Shown here piece after piece: positions 18,405 to 27,826 of a stretch of 64,000 bases of DNA. The DNA lies in the NCBI GenBank assembly GCA_022749995.1, contig JAKIWO010000001.1, positions 22,410-86,409 of the forward strand, read 5' to 3'. The notes below the pieces were generated by a model. It ran no database searches. It was not told where the DNA came from and saw only the letters and a list, made by a program, of their open reading frames with translations. This stretch comes from Thermoplasmata archaeon. Its GTDB lineage: Archaea > Thermoplasmatota > Thermoplasmata > Lutacidiplasmatales > UBA184. Made by a program: the position numbers and the translations under genes. The number at the start of each line of letters is the position of its first letter. Within the stretch, counting starts at the first letter, position 1.

Positions 18405-19658
18405 TTAGCGCTGCCGGATTCGCACGCGTTCGACGAGTTCGGAGGCGGATTCGCCGTGCGCGAGTCGGCCCGCGATCTGGCCCAGTAGGAGGCCGGCATC
18501 ATCGTACGGCCCCGGCAGCAGGGAGCCGGGAGGAGCGGCCGGGAACTGGGCGGACCATCCACGGTCTTCGCTGGCACGTTGCAGGATGCGCTCCACTCCC
18601 CGAGCTCGAGCGAAGTTACCCAGGTCGCGTCGAAGCGAAGCCGGCACGCGATGGCCCCAGGCACGTAGCAGCGCGTCGAGCTTCTCCGGCCGATGGCGCC
18701 GGCGTTGGGCGCCGCTGCCGAGCACGCCGTTGAAGTAGAGGAACGGCCCGCCGAGCTGCACCGCCTCGATGAGGGTGCGCGAGCCGGTGACCATTCGGAT
18801 TCCAGCGGCCGCGAAACGGGCCCGCCAGGACCGGCGATTCAGGTACGGCAACGTGCGGAGATGCAGCCGTCCCAGCGAGAGCTTCGCCCAGTCGATCGGA
18901 CCCCGGGCGAAAACCTCCAGCGGCTGGGACAGACTCCCGCCGAAGCGCGCCATCGGCCCGAGCAGCTCCCTCGAGGAGGATGGGCTGGCGTACCACAGCC
19001 ACTCTCGCTGCCGAATCGGGCCCCGGACGGCGAATGGTTCATCCCAGAGGGGGCCCGTCGGGACCGCCGCAGGGAACTCTGATCGAAACGCCCTCGGATC
19101 TCCGAACGTCGGGAACAGATGGAGCATCCGTGGGTGGTCGAACGCCCGGAATCGGGCGTACCACCGGTGGGTCTGGGCCTCCTCTAGGCGGCCCGCCCGG
19201 GTCCGGAGATGGGGTCGGATCCAACGCACGGGACGACCGCCTTCGCGGTACCGCTCGGTCACCTGCCTCGACGAGGTCAGCGTACGAGCGAATTCCCCCA
19301 AACTGACATGCACGACCCGGTCCGGGCCGTACGTCCTCTCGATCGCCGCCGCTTCGGCCGCCCACGGGCCGGCGCGGCCGAGCCGGCCCGGACGCTCGGG
19401 AGCGGCGCTCACGCCCAAGTCGGAGCCCACCGTTAGCGCTCGAGCCGCCTTGGGCCGAAGCTGAGCCACCCGCTGGAGCGGAAGCTCGGCCCGCTCCGGT
19501 CGGACCCCCGACGGAAGCGGCGCACCGCCGGCGCGGTAGAGCAGCAGCGGCCAACCCTCGCGCCCTAGGCGACGGGCCGCGGCGTAGACCTCCTCGAGGT
19601 CGCCCGAGCCGCCACCGAACACCGACGGTAGCAGGTACACTTCGAGTCCGCTCTTCAT
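18405..19658 (-). CDS. Putative GT-B glycosyltransferase, EarP-like
   Basis: N-terminal GGGSGD loop; LFPTF..TGPL; LPYLN..MVTGSRTLIEAVQLGGPFLY. Confidence 0.55.
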   Translation of the reverse strand: MKSGLEVYLLPSVFGGGSGDLEEVYAAARRLGREGWPLLLYRAGGAPLPSGVRPERAELPLQRVAQLRPKAARALTVGSDLGVSAAPERPGRLGRAGPWAAEAAAIERTYGPDRVVHVSLGEFARTLTSSRQVTERYREGGRPVRWIRPHLRTRAGRLEEAQTHRWYARFRAFDHPRMLHLFPTFGDPRAFRSEFPAAVPTGPLWDEPFAVRGPIRQREWLWYASPSSSRELLGPMARFGGSLSQPLEVFARGPIDWAKLSLGRLHLRTLPYLNRRSWRARFAAAGIRMVTGSRTLIEAVQLGGPFLYFNGVLGSGAQRRRHRPEKLDALLRAWGHRVPASLRRDLGNFARARGVERILQRASEDRGWSAQFPAAPPGSLLPGPYDDAGLLLGQIAGRLAHGESASELVERVRIRQR

Positions 19659-19686
19659 CGCCGCGGGGCCCGGCCCTCAGCGACGC

Positions 19687-21162
19687 CTAGCCGTCGGTCT
19701 CCTCGGCGGAGAGGGGCAGTGCGGTCTCGAAGAGCTCGCGCAGTGTGGGGGAGGCTCCGCCGGCCTCGGACTCCGGAGCGGGCAGCCGGGCCGGCCGCTC
19801 CCACTCGTTCTCGCCGACGCGGGCGCGCGCTTCGAGGATCGTGTGCGCCGTGAACGGGTCGGGATCGCCCGGGCGCAGGCGACCGAGCGCTTGGATGATC
19901 GTATCGAAGAGGCGGGAATTCGCATCCGAGAGCAGCTTGACGGCGCCGTCGCCCTCGGCGACGGTACTCGCCTCGCCCCGCGCCGGAGTGGACTGACCGA
20001 GCAGCGTCGCCAGCTGCTCGCGAGCGCCGTCGTCGCCGAGGCGCCCCAAGGTCCAGACGGCCGCGAGACGAACCTCGCTCGAGCCGTTGTAAAGCTCCTC
20101 CCGCACTCGAGGCGCCGACTCGACCAATCGCAGCCGTCCCAACGCATAGAGCGCACCCCGGCGCGGCCACGGGTGCGGATCCTCGAGCAGTTCCAGGAGT
20201 CGGGTAAGATCGGTCGGGGCGCCGACGCGTCCGAGGGACTCGGCGGCAGCCCCTCGGACCGCCCAGCTCGGGTCGGCGAGCGATGCGCGCAAGGCTTCCG
20301 GGGCTCCCTCCCACCCGAGTTGCGCGAGCGATCGTGCCGCGCAGACCCGGGTCCAGCTGGCGCGGTCGGCGAGCGCCGCCCGGATCGCGGGACCCGCCCG
20401 GGGGTCGCCGATCTTGCCCAGGGCGACGAGCAGCGCGGGTTTGCCCCACGTGCCCGCGCGGGCGAGCTCCTCGAGGAGTTGCGGCAGCGCTGTGCGGTCG
20501 CTGCAACTTCCGAGGACGACCGCCGCCGCGATCCGCACCTTTTCGGATGGGTCGGCAAGGAGCGGCCGTATCCACTCGACCGTCTCGGGCGATCCTTGCC
20601 GGGCGAGCGCGTGAATGCTCTCGCGCCGGACCCGGTCGGACGGGTCCCGCAGCATGGCTCGGACCGGACCCGAAGTCGAAGCCCCCGGCATGCGCCCCAG
20701 CGCGACCACCGCGGACCACCGCACTTCGTCGTCCTCGTCGGTCAGTCGTGCGAGAAGTGCGGGTGCCGAGAGCGGAGAGGCAATGCTCCAGAGCGCCCAA
20801 GCGGCCTGGGTTCGTACCCGGGCGACGGGATCCGCCAGCGCATGCTCTAGCGGTGTTCGGCTCTCCAGGCTGGAGAGTACACCGAGCGCCTCCGCCGAGC
20901 TCGACCTCACCGCGGGTTCGGGATCTTCGAGCGCGGCCTCGAGGCCGATGCGACCGCGTGCCTCGTGCAACTTTCCAATCGCCCACGCACTCGCTTGGCG
21001 CATCGAGGGCGCCGGGTCGGAAAGCCCGGCCAGGAGAAGTTCCGGAGGTACTGGGCCGCCCGAGTCGGTCAGCTGACGTAGCGACGAGAGACGTTCGGCC
21101 AGCGGACGAGGCTCCGAGCCGGCCGCGGGGCGTGCCGGGGGCGTGCTCGTCGAGCCGGACAT
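19687..21162 (-). CDS. HEAT/PBS-lyase repeat protein
   Basis: About 11 repeats of LxDPxxxVRxxAAxALG. Confidence 0.9.
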   Translation of the reverse strand: MSGSTSTPPARPAAGSEPRPLAERLSSLRQLTDSGGPVPPELLLAGLSDPAPSMRQASAWAIGKLHEARGRIGLEAALEDPEPAVRSSSAEALGVLSSLESRTPLEHALADPVARVRTQAAWALWSIASPLSAPALLARLTDEDDEVRWSAVVALGRMPGASTSGPVRAMLRDPSDRVRRESIHALARQGSPETVEWIRPLLADPSEKVRIAAAVVLGSCSDRTALPQLLEELARAGTWGKPALLVALGKIGDPRAGPAIRAALADRASWTRVCAARSLAQLGWEGAPEALRASLADPSWAVRGAAAESLGRVGAPTDLTRLLELLEDPHPWPRRGALYALGRLRLVESAPRVREELYNGSSEVRLAAVWTLGRLGDDGAREQLATLLGQSTPARGEASTVAEGDGAVKLLSDANSRLFDTIIQALGRLRPGDPDPFTAHTILEARARVGENEWERPARLPAPESEAGGASPTLRELFETALPLSAEETDG

Positions 21163-21185
21163 GCGATGGATAGGAGGGGACTCGC

Positions 21186-21647
21186 TTAATGGGATAGCGC
21201 GACCGGGGCGGCTTCGACCACGACCTCCTCGGCCGGAAGCGCTAGCGGGAGCACTTCCGCACCTCCCGGAGCGGTCAATTCGCGTGCTGGGGTGGAGGCT
21301 CGGGTCCCGTGTCCACGATGGGCGGAGGCGCCGGTCGTCCGGCCCCGCCGCGGCAGCGCGGCGGGCGGAAGTCGGCGCGAGAGGTCGAGGAGCACGGAGA
21401 GCAGGATGGATTCGAGCAGGTCGGGGCTCCCGACGTACGCGGCCTCGTTGACATGCCGGCGGGCTCCCCGGGTGAGCTCGGCGAAGGCCCGGCGTTCCTC
21501 GGGACGCTGGAGCAGCCGACCGAATTCGTCCCAGCGGGCGAGGCGCTCCTCGAGGGCGCGGCGATAGGTCGGGCCGACCCGCCGCAGCCGTTCGCTGCGG
21601 GCAAGGGAGTCGGGGCGAAGGGGGGCATCGTGCAGCACGAGATTCAC
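21186..21647 (-). CDS. Small helical protein resembling the PolB2-associated family
   Basis: PTYRRALEERLARWDEF..EERRAFAEL..ARRH..AAY..PDLLESILLSVLL; start uncertain. Confidence 0.55.
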   Translation of the reverse strand: MNLVLHDAPLRPDSLARSERLRRVGPTYRRALEERLARWDEFGRLLQRPEERRAFAELTRGARRHVNEAAYVGSPDLLESILLSVLLDLSRRLPPAALPRRGRTTGASAHRGHGTRASTPARELTAPGGAEVLPLALPAEEVVVEAAPVALSH

Positions 21648-21777
21648 CCCCGTCGGATCTCGGCGCGTCGGCCCGTGGCGGGAAGGGGTGGGAGTCGGGG
21701 CAGCTCGTTGAACGCGGTCATCGATTACCGGAGCGCTAGCTCCCGCGCCAGCGCATAAGGGAGGGAGCCGAGGGTCT

Positions 21778-21805
21778 GAAACGGCCGGCGGTTGGCGGCC
21801 GTTTC
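21778..21805 (-). terminator. 10-bp stem-loop downstream of the DUF72 gene
   Basis: GAAACGGCCG-N8-CGGCCGTTTC, 15 nt past the stop codon; no clear U-tract. Confidence 0.4.
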
Positions 21806-21820
21806 CGTGTCGAGGGGCCT

Positions 21821-22594
21821 CTAGACCGGGAGGCGACCGCGTACCATCCACGCCTCGGAGGGCAGCTCGAGGAGCTCCGTGAGCCTGTGCGCGTTGGCGG
21901 CCGCGTCCCCGCGGAAGTGGTTGTTGAAGAAGACGAGCAGCTCGGTGTCGCTCTCGGCGAGCTCTCGGATCTTCGGTACCCAGCCCTCGAGTTCCGCGTC
22001 GGAGTACCGGTAGTCGTACCAGACCGGTTGGCCGTGACCGTGGAACCGCAGGTAGGAGAACGACGCGGTGCGCTCCAGGCGGACCGGCAGATGCGGTTCG
22101 TCCACTACGACGTGCGCCAGGTGGAACTCGCGCAAGAGGGCGAACGACTCGGGGGAGAGCCAGCTCGGCTCGCGGAACTCGACGGCGACCGGGATCTCGG
22201 GCGGCAGCTGTTCGTAGAAGCCGCGTACCGTGGCCGGCTCGAACGGCAGCGAGGGAGGGAGCTGGAGCAGCGCGGCGGCGAGCCGGTGGCTCTCTTGGAG
22301 CGGCCGGAGGAACTCGAGGAACTGGCGCAGCTCGGTGTCGGCCCCGACGAGCCGCCGTTCGTGGGTGATCGCCTGCGGGAACTTGAGGGCAAACCGGAAG
22401 CCGCTCGGCGTCCGACGGACCCAGCTCGCCGCGTAGCTGGTCGGCGGGAGTCGGTAGAAGGTCGAATTGACTTCAACGATGGGAAACAGCCCCGTGTAGA
22501 ATCGGAGCTTGTCCAGCTTGCCGCGCGGGGGATAGACGGGACCGACCCACTCCGGATAGTCCCATCCGCTGGTGCCGATCCGGATCGTTCCCAC
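21821..22594 (-). CDS. DUF72 (YecE family) protein
   Basis: IRIGTSGWDY, VEVNSTFY, ITH, LLQLPPS, VEFR, YLRFHG, YDYRYS, FFNNH. Confidence 0.93.
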   Translation of the reverse strand: MGTIRIGTSGWDYPEWVGPVYPPRGKLDKLRFYTGLFPIVEVNSTFYRLPPTSYAASWVRRTPSGFRFALKFPQAITHERRLVGADTELRQFLEFLRPLQESHRLAAALLQLPPSLPFEPATVRGFYEQLPPEIPVAVEFREPSWLSPESFALLREFHLAHVVVDEPHLPVRLERTASFSYLRFHGHGQPVWYDYRYSDAELEGWVPKIRELAESDTELLVFFNNHFRGDAAANAHRLTELLELPSEAWMVRGRLPV

Positions 22595-22754
22595 GGGTTG
22601 CCGATCGAGGGCATTCCGACGCGGCGGATGAGGTTCCGGAGTTCCGTTTCCGTCGAGCGGGAAGCTCCGGCGGGGACCCGGGAGCCCGGCACTCTCGGCG
22701 CCGGGCCAAACCCTAAATAGACAGGGCCCGTGGAAAATCCTCGAGGAATCCCCG

Positions 22755-23033
22755 ATGGTTCAGGTGGACATCGAGCTCGCCAAGTGCACGGGCTGCGCGC
22801 ACTGCCGGGATGTCTGCCCCGTCAACGTCTTCGAGCTCAAACCACGGGACCAGTTCCCCGAAGTAACCGACGACCCCGGGGTCGCGGCGAAGTTCCAGTT
22901 CCGCACGGAGCGCTCGGTGGCGATCAACGGCCCGGAGTGCATCGTCTGCGAGGCGTGCCTGTTCGAGTGCGAAGGGGAGTGCATCCTCATCACCGACGAC
23001 GAAGGGCACGTCCACCACTCGACGTACAAGTAG
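22755..23033 (+). CDS. 2x[4Fe-4S] ferredoxin
   Basis: CTGCAHCRDVCP and CIVCEACLFEC. Confidence 0.9.
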   Translation: MVQVDIELAKCTGCAHCRDVCPVNVFELKPRDQFPEVTDDPGVAAKFQFRTERSVAINGPECIVCEACLFECEGECILITDDEGHVHHSTYK

Positions 23034-23081
23034 CGCCGGGCGCACTTCGCGCGCCCCGTCGACGTTCCGCCGAGGCAGCCG

Positions 23082-23088
23082 TTAAATA
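23082..23088 (+). promoter_or_regulatory. TATA box (TTAAATA) upstream of atpF
   Basis: About 28 nt before the ATG at 23116, spacing typical of a leaderless transcript. Confidence 0.6.
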
Positions 23089-23115
23089 CGCTCGGCCCCC
23101 GCCGAACGCGCGACT

Positions 23116-23451
23116 ATGCCCTCGGCGTCCGAGAGCGATACAACGGTAGTACTCGGCGAACGGGAGCTCGCCATCGGCTTTCGGTTGGTGGGTCTTTCCC
23201 ACGTGATCGAGGTCGCTCCGGAGAGCGCCGCGAAGGAGTTCCAGAAAGTAATGGCCGACCCGAACGTCTCGCTGATCATCGCGAGCGAATCGATCCGGCC
23301 ACAGCTTTCGGAGAACCAGCGGACGCAGGCCGAAGGTTCGCTCCGCCCGCTCGTGGTGTTCGTCCCGTCGCCCACCGGTGAGTACGAGGTGGAGAGCCTC
23401 TCCGCGCTCGCCAAGCGCGTGCTCGGCGTTTCCCTCGCGGTGCCGCACTAG
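23116..23451 (+). CDS. atpF: A/V-type ATP synthase subunit F
   Basis: VVLGERELAIGFRLVGL..PLVVFVP..LAKRVLGV. Confidence 0.92.
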   Translation: MPSASESDTTVVLGERELAIGFRLVGLSHVIEVAPESAAKEFQKVMADPNVSLIIASESIRPQLSENQRTQAEGSLRPLVVFVPSPTGEYEVESLSALAKRVLGVSLAVPH

Positions 23452-23459
23452 GGGGCTCG

Positions 23460-25217
23460 ATGGCAGGAGCGGTCGCGAGGGTCTCCGGGCCGGTCGTCAT
23501 CGCCGAGGGGCTGACGAACGCCAAGATGTTCGACGTCGTGCGCGTCGGCGAGCTCGGGCTCGTCGGCGAGATCATCAAGTTGGTCGGAGAGACCGCCACG
23601 GTCCAGGTGTACGAGGACACCACGGGGATCCGTCCGGGGGACAAGATCGAGACCACCGGCCAGGCGCTCTCCGTCGAATTGGGTCCGGGGCTACTCAAGT
23701 CCATCTACGACGGGGTCCAGCGTCCGCTCGATGTCCTGCAGAAGAATCTGGGGGACTTCATCACCCGCGGCTTCGTCGCCGCGCCGCTCGACGAGACCAA
23801 GAAGTGGGAGTTCACTGCCACCGCCCGCGTCGGTAGCGAGCTCACCCCCGGCACCATCCTGGGCACTGTCCAGGAGACGCCGCTCATCCTCCACAAGATC
23901 ATGGTCCCACCCGAGGTCCGTGGCACGCTGACCGCGCTCTCGAGCGGCACCTACACGATCCGCGAGAAGATTGGCACGATGAAGGGCCCCGCGGGCGAGA
24001 TTCCGCTCACGCTCACGCAGCGCTGGGTGGTCCGGTTGCCCCGGCCGGTGCAGCAGAAGCTCGCTCCCACCATCCCGCTCCTCACCGGCCAGCGCGTCAT
24101 CGACACCTTCTTCCCGGTCGCCAAAGGGGGGACCGCCGCCATCCCTGGGCCGTTCGGCTCGGGCAAGACGGTCACGCAGCAGCAGCTCGCGAAGTGGGCC
24201 GATTCCGACGTGGTCGTCTACGTCGGTTGCGGCGAGCGCGGCAACGAGATGACCGAGGTGCTCGCCACCTTCCCGAACCTCGTGGACCCCAAGTCCAAGC
24301 GGCCGCTCATGGAGCGGACGATCCTCATCGCCAACACCTCCAACATGCCGGTCGCCGCCCGGGAGGCGAGTGTCTACACCGGCATCACGATCGCCGAGTA
24401 CTACCGGGACATGGGCTACGACGTCGCCCTGATGGCCGACTCCACGAGCCGGTGGGCCGAGGCGATGCGGGAGATCTCCGGCCGTCTCGAGGAGATGCCG
24501 GGCGAGGAAGGCTACCCGGCGTACTTGGGCCGCCGCGTCGCGGAGTTCTACGAGCGGGCCGGACGGGTCGTCACGCTCTCGCCGGACCAGCGGACCGGCT
24601 CGGTCACGGTGGTCGGCGCGGTCTCCCCTCCCGGCGGGGACTTCGCCGAGCCGGTGAGCCAGAACACCCTGCGCGTCACCCGGGTCTTCTGGGCGCTCGA
24701 TGCGTCGCTGGCCTCCCGGCGCCACTTCCCCTCGATCAACTGGCTGCAGAGCTACTCCCTCTACACCGGAGACCTCGAGGAGTGGTACCGCACGGGAATC
24801 GCGCGGGACTGGGCCAGCCTGCGACAGCGGGCGATCCAGACGCTGCAGCAGGAGTCGGAGCTGCAGGAGATCGTCCAGCTCGTCGGGGTCGACGCGCTGC
24901 CGGAGCGGGAGAAAGGGATTCTCGACGTCTCGCGGATGCTCCGGGAGGATTACCTCCAACAGAGCGCCTACGACGAGGTGGACACGTACACGTCGATCCA
25001 GAAGCAGTACCGGATGCTGCGTGCCATCCTCTCCTTCGGCGAGCGGGAGCAGGAGGCGATCGGCAAGGGCGCGACGGTCGGGCAACTCCAGCAACTGCCG
25101 GTGCGCCAGAAGCTCTCGCGCATGAAGTGGATCCCCGAGGCCGACCTCACGAACTCCTTCGACCAGCTCGAGGCGGAGATGACCCAGTCGGTCGCGCAGC
25201 TCGCCACGGAGAGCTAG
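23460..25217 (+). CDS. atpA: A/V-type ATP synthase subunit A (no intein)
   Basis: [37 protein letters not shown]. Confidence 0.98.
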   Translation: MAGAVARVSGPVVIAEGLTNAKMFDVVRVGELGLVGEIIKLVGETATVQVYEDTTGIRPGDKIETTGQALSVELGPGLLKSIYDGVQRPLDVLQKNLGDFITRGFVAAPLDETKKWEFTATARVGSELTPGTILGTVQETPLILHKIMVPPEVRGTLTALSSGTYTIREKIGTMKGPAGEIPLTLTQRWVVRLPRPVQQKLAPTIPLLTGQRVIDTFFPVAKGGTAAIPGPFGSGKTVTQQQLAKWADSDVVVYVGCGERGNEMTEVLATFPNLVDPKSKRPLMERTILIANTSNMPVAAREASVYTGITIAEYYRDMGYDVALMADSTSRWAEAMREISGRLEEMPGEEGYPAYLGRRVAEFYERAGRVVTLSPDQRTGSVTVVGAVSPPGGDFAEPVSQNTLRVTRVFWALDASLASRRHFPSINWLQSYSLYTGDLEEWYRTGIARDWASLRQRAIQTLQQESELQEIVQLVGVDALPEREKGILDVSRMLREDYLQQSAYDEVDTYTSIQKQYRMLRAILSFGEREQEAIGKGATVGQLQQLPVRQKLSRMKWIPEADLTNSFDQLEAEMTQSVAQLATES

Positions 25218-26644
25218 TGGCGAGCACGAAGGCCCCGAAGACCGCCCCCGTCGACGCGGACGTGCCCATCGACTACCGGACGATCGAGCGAGTCTCGGGA
25301 CCGCTCCTGTTCGTGCGCGATGTCGAACGGGCCGCCTACGGCGAGATCGTCAGCATCGAGCTGCCGAACGGCGACCGCCGCCAGGGCCAGGTGCTGGATT
25401 CTCGCCGGGGGCTCGCCATCGTGCAGGTGTTCGGCCCGACGATGGGCATGAACGTCCATCAGACGAGCGTGAAGTTCATGGGCGAGGTCGCCCGCCTGCC
25501 CGTATCCGACGAGATGCTGGGCCGCGTGTTCAACGGCCTCGGCGAGCCGCGCGACGGCGGACCGCGCATCGTCTCCGAGCAGCGGCTAGAGATCGTCGGG
25601 AACGCGATGAATCCGTACTCGCGCGAGGAGCCGAGCGAGTTCATCCAGACCGGTCTCACCAACATCGACGTGATGAACACCCTCGTGCGCGGTCAGAAGC
25701 TGCCGATCTTCTCCGGCGCGGGGCTACCGCACAACCAGATCGCTGCCCAGATCGTACGCCAGGCCAAGCTGAGGGACTCCACCGAGAACTTCGCCGTGAT
25801 CTTCGCGGCGATGGGGATCACGAGCGAGGAGGCGAACTTCTTCCTGAAGGAGTTCGAGAGCACCGGCGCCCTGGAGCGGACCGTCGTCTTCCTCAACCTC
25901 TCGAGCGACCCGTCGATGGAGCGGATCATCACCCCGCGGATGGCGCTCACCACCGCCGAGTTCCTCGCCTACGAGCGGGACATGCACATCCTGGTCGTAC
26001 TCACCGACATGACGAACTACTGCGAAGCGCTCCGGGAGGTCGCCGCCGCGCGGGAGGAGGTGCCCGGCCGACGCGGATACCCCGGCTACATGTACACCGA
26101 CCTCGCGACGCTCTACGAGCGCGCGGGCAAGATCCACGGCCGCAAGGGCTCGATCACGCAACTGCCCATCCTCACGATGCCGGCCGACGACATCACCCAC
26201 CCGATCCCGGACCTGACCGGCTACATCACCGAGGGGCAGATCGTGGCGAGCCGTGAGTTGCAGCGGCGCGGCGTCTACCCGCCGATCGACGTGCTCACCT
26301 CGCTCTCGCGCCTCATGAACCAAGGGATCGGCAAGGGCCGGACCCGGGACGACCACCGCGGGGTGGCCGACCAGCTCTACGCTTCCTACGCTACCGGCAA
26401 GGACCAGCGGGCGCTCTCGGCCATCGTCGGGGAGGAGGCGCTCTCCAGCGTCGACCGGATCTACCTCAAGATCGCCGAGCGGTTCGAGACCGAGTTCGTG
26501 GGCCAGCGGCCGGACGAGGACCGCACGATCGACGAGAGCCTGGCGATCGGCTGGGACCTGCTCTCGGCGCTGCCCGAGGCCGAGCTCAAGCGGGTCAAGC
26601 CCGAGTTCATCCAGAAGTACTACAAGTCCCGACCGGCGGCGTAG
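25217..26644 (+). CDS. atpB: A/V-type ATP synthase subunit B
   Basis: [33 protein letters not shown] start overlaps the atpA stop. Confidence 0.97.
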   Translation: MASTKAPKTAPVDADVPIDYRTIERVSGPLLFVRDVERAAYGEIVSIELPNGDRRQGQVLDSRRGLAIVQVFGPTMGMNVHQTSVKFMGEVARLPVSDEMLGRVFNGLGEPRDGGPRIVSEQRLEIVGNAMNPYSREEPSEFIQTGLTNIDVMNTLVRGQKLPIFSGAGLPHNQIAAQIVRQAKLRDSTENFAVIFAAMGITSEEANFFLKEFESTGALERTVVFLNLSSDPSMERIITPRMALTTAEFLAYERDMHILVVLTDMTNYCEALREVAAAREEVPGRRGYPGYMYTDLATLYERAGKIHGRKGSITQLPILTMPADDITHPIPDLTGYITEGQIVASRELQRRGVYPPIDVLTSLSRLMNQGIGKGRTRDDHRGVADQLYASYATGKDQRALSAIVGEEALSSVDRIYLKIAERFETEFVGQRPDEDRTIDESLAIGWDLLSALPEAELKRVKPEFIQKYYKSRPAA

Positions 26645-26659
26645 GGACCGGGGGCTCGC

Positions 26660-27301
26660 ATGGCGCTCGAGAACGTCCGCCCGACCCGGCTCGAACTGCT
26701 GCGCACGCGCCGGCGCATCGTCCTCGCCAAGAAGGGGCTCAATCTCCTCAAGCTCAAGCGATCGGCCCTGATCGCCGAATTCTTCTCGCTCTCCAAGCAG
26801 GCGCTCGAACTGCGGGGCAACCTGCGCGAACGGATCGCCCGTGGCTACGCCTCCATCCGGGTCGCGGAGATGCGCGAGGGCCCGACCAAGCTCGAGAGCG
26901 TCTCGCTGCTGCTCCCGGAGCTCGCCAGCGTGCGGGTGGCGACGAAGAACGTAATGGGCGTCAAGACTCCCCGCGTCGATGCGGGCAGCTTCTCCCCGAT
27001 CCCCGCCACGGCGCTGCTCGACCTGCCCACCTCGATCGACGAGTCGGTGCAGCACTTCCAGGGAATCTATCGGGTCGTCCTCGAGATCGCCGAGAAGGAG
27101 AACGCGCTGCGGCGGCTCCTACGGGAGATCGAGAAGACCAAGCGCCGCGCGAGCGCCATCGAAAACGTCCTGATCCCGCGGCTGGTCGCCACGGTCCGGT
27201 ACATCAAGTTCCGTTTCGACGAGCTCGAGCGGGACGCCTTCAGCATGCTGAAGACGGTCAAGCGCAAGATGGAGCAGGCGGAGGCCGCCGGTGTCGCGTA
27301 A
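26660..27301 (+). CDS. atpD: A/V-type ATP synthase subunit D
   Basis: RPTRLEL..LLKLKR..NVMGV..KTKRRASAIENVLIP. Confidence 0.96.
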   Translation: MALENVRPTRLELLRTRRRIVLAKKGLNLLKLKRSALIAEFFSLSKQALELRGNLRERIARGYASIRVAEMREGPTKLESVSLLLPELASVRVATKNVMGVKTPRVDAGSFSPIPATALLDLPTSIDESVQHFQGIYRVVLEIAEKENALRRLLREIEKTKRRASAIENVLIPRLVATVRYIKFRFDELERDAFSMLKTVKRKMEQAEAAGVA

Positions 27302-27446
27302 CCCACCGCCGCTGTTCGCGCCTCCGCGGCTGCCGCGCACGCCGGCCGAGTTCCGGTTCGTCCGGTACCTCTCGCTCACCTGGGGACTGCGGGTCGCCGT
27401 CGTGGTCATTCTGCTCGTGCTGCTCCACGAAGCGGGGTTGTTCTAG
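27291..27446 (+). CDS. Unannotated 51-aa single-TM protein inside the ATP synthase operon
   Basis: Translated by hand: MSRNPPPLFAPPRLPRTPAEFRFVRYLSLTWGLRVAVVVILLVLLHEAGLF; GGAGG at 27280, overlaps the atpD stop, ends 2 nt before atpH. Confidence 0.7.
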   Translation: MSRNPPPLFAPPRLPRTPAEFRFVRYLSLTWGLRVAVVVILLVLLHEAGLF

Positions 27447-27448
27447 CC

Positions 27449-27811
27449 GTGAGCGAGGAAGCGGTCACCGGGTCCGACGCGGCGCTCGCCCCGATCCAGC
27501 ACGTCCGCGCGGCCGAACGGCAGTGGGAAGCACGGCTCACGCAATTCTCGGCGCAGGCCAAGGCGGAGCTCGACCGGCTCGGTGCCGAAGCCGACGCGGC
27601 GATCGCGAGCGCCCGCGTCGAAGCCGAGCGGGCTCGGACCGAGCTCCTCGAGCGGACCCGCGCCGACACCGAAGCGCTGACCCAGCGACTGCTCGCCGAG
27701 GGGAAAGCCACGGCCGACGCGATCCACGGCAAGACGGCGGCGGAGCTCGCGGCGCTGCGCGCCAAACTGATCTCCGCGGTCGTCGGGCCGTTCGGTCCTT
27801 CCTCCTCCTAA
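27449..27811 (+). CDS. atpH: A/V-type ATP synthase subunit H (G-like peripheral stalk)
   Basis: Ala/Glu/Arg coiled coil immediately upstream of atpI. Confidence 0.8.
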   Translation: MSEEAVTGSDAALAPIQHVRAAERQWEARLTQFSAQAKAELDRLGAEADAAIASARVEAERARTELLERTRADTEALTQRLLAEGKATADAIHGKTAAELAALRAKLISAVVGPFGPSSS

Positions 27812-27826
27812 CGGAAGCCAAGTCCC

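Noticed and set aside
22600..22712. GC-rich hairpins between DUF72 and the ferredoxin as an ncRNA
   Set aside because: The stems are mostly G/C and plausible by chance at this composition; no recognisable motif
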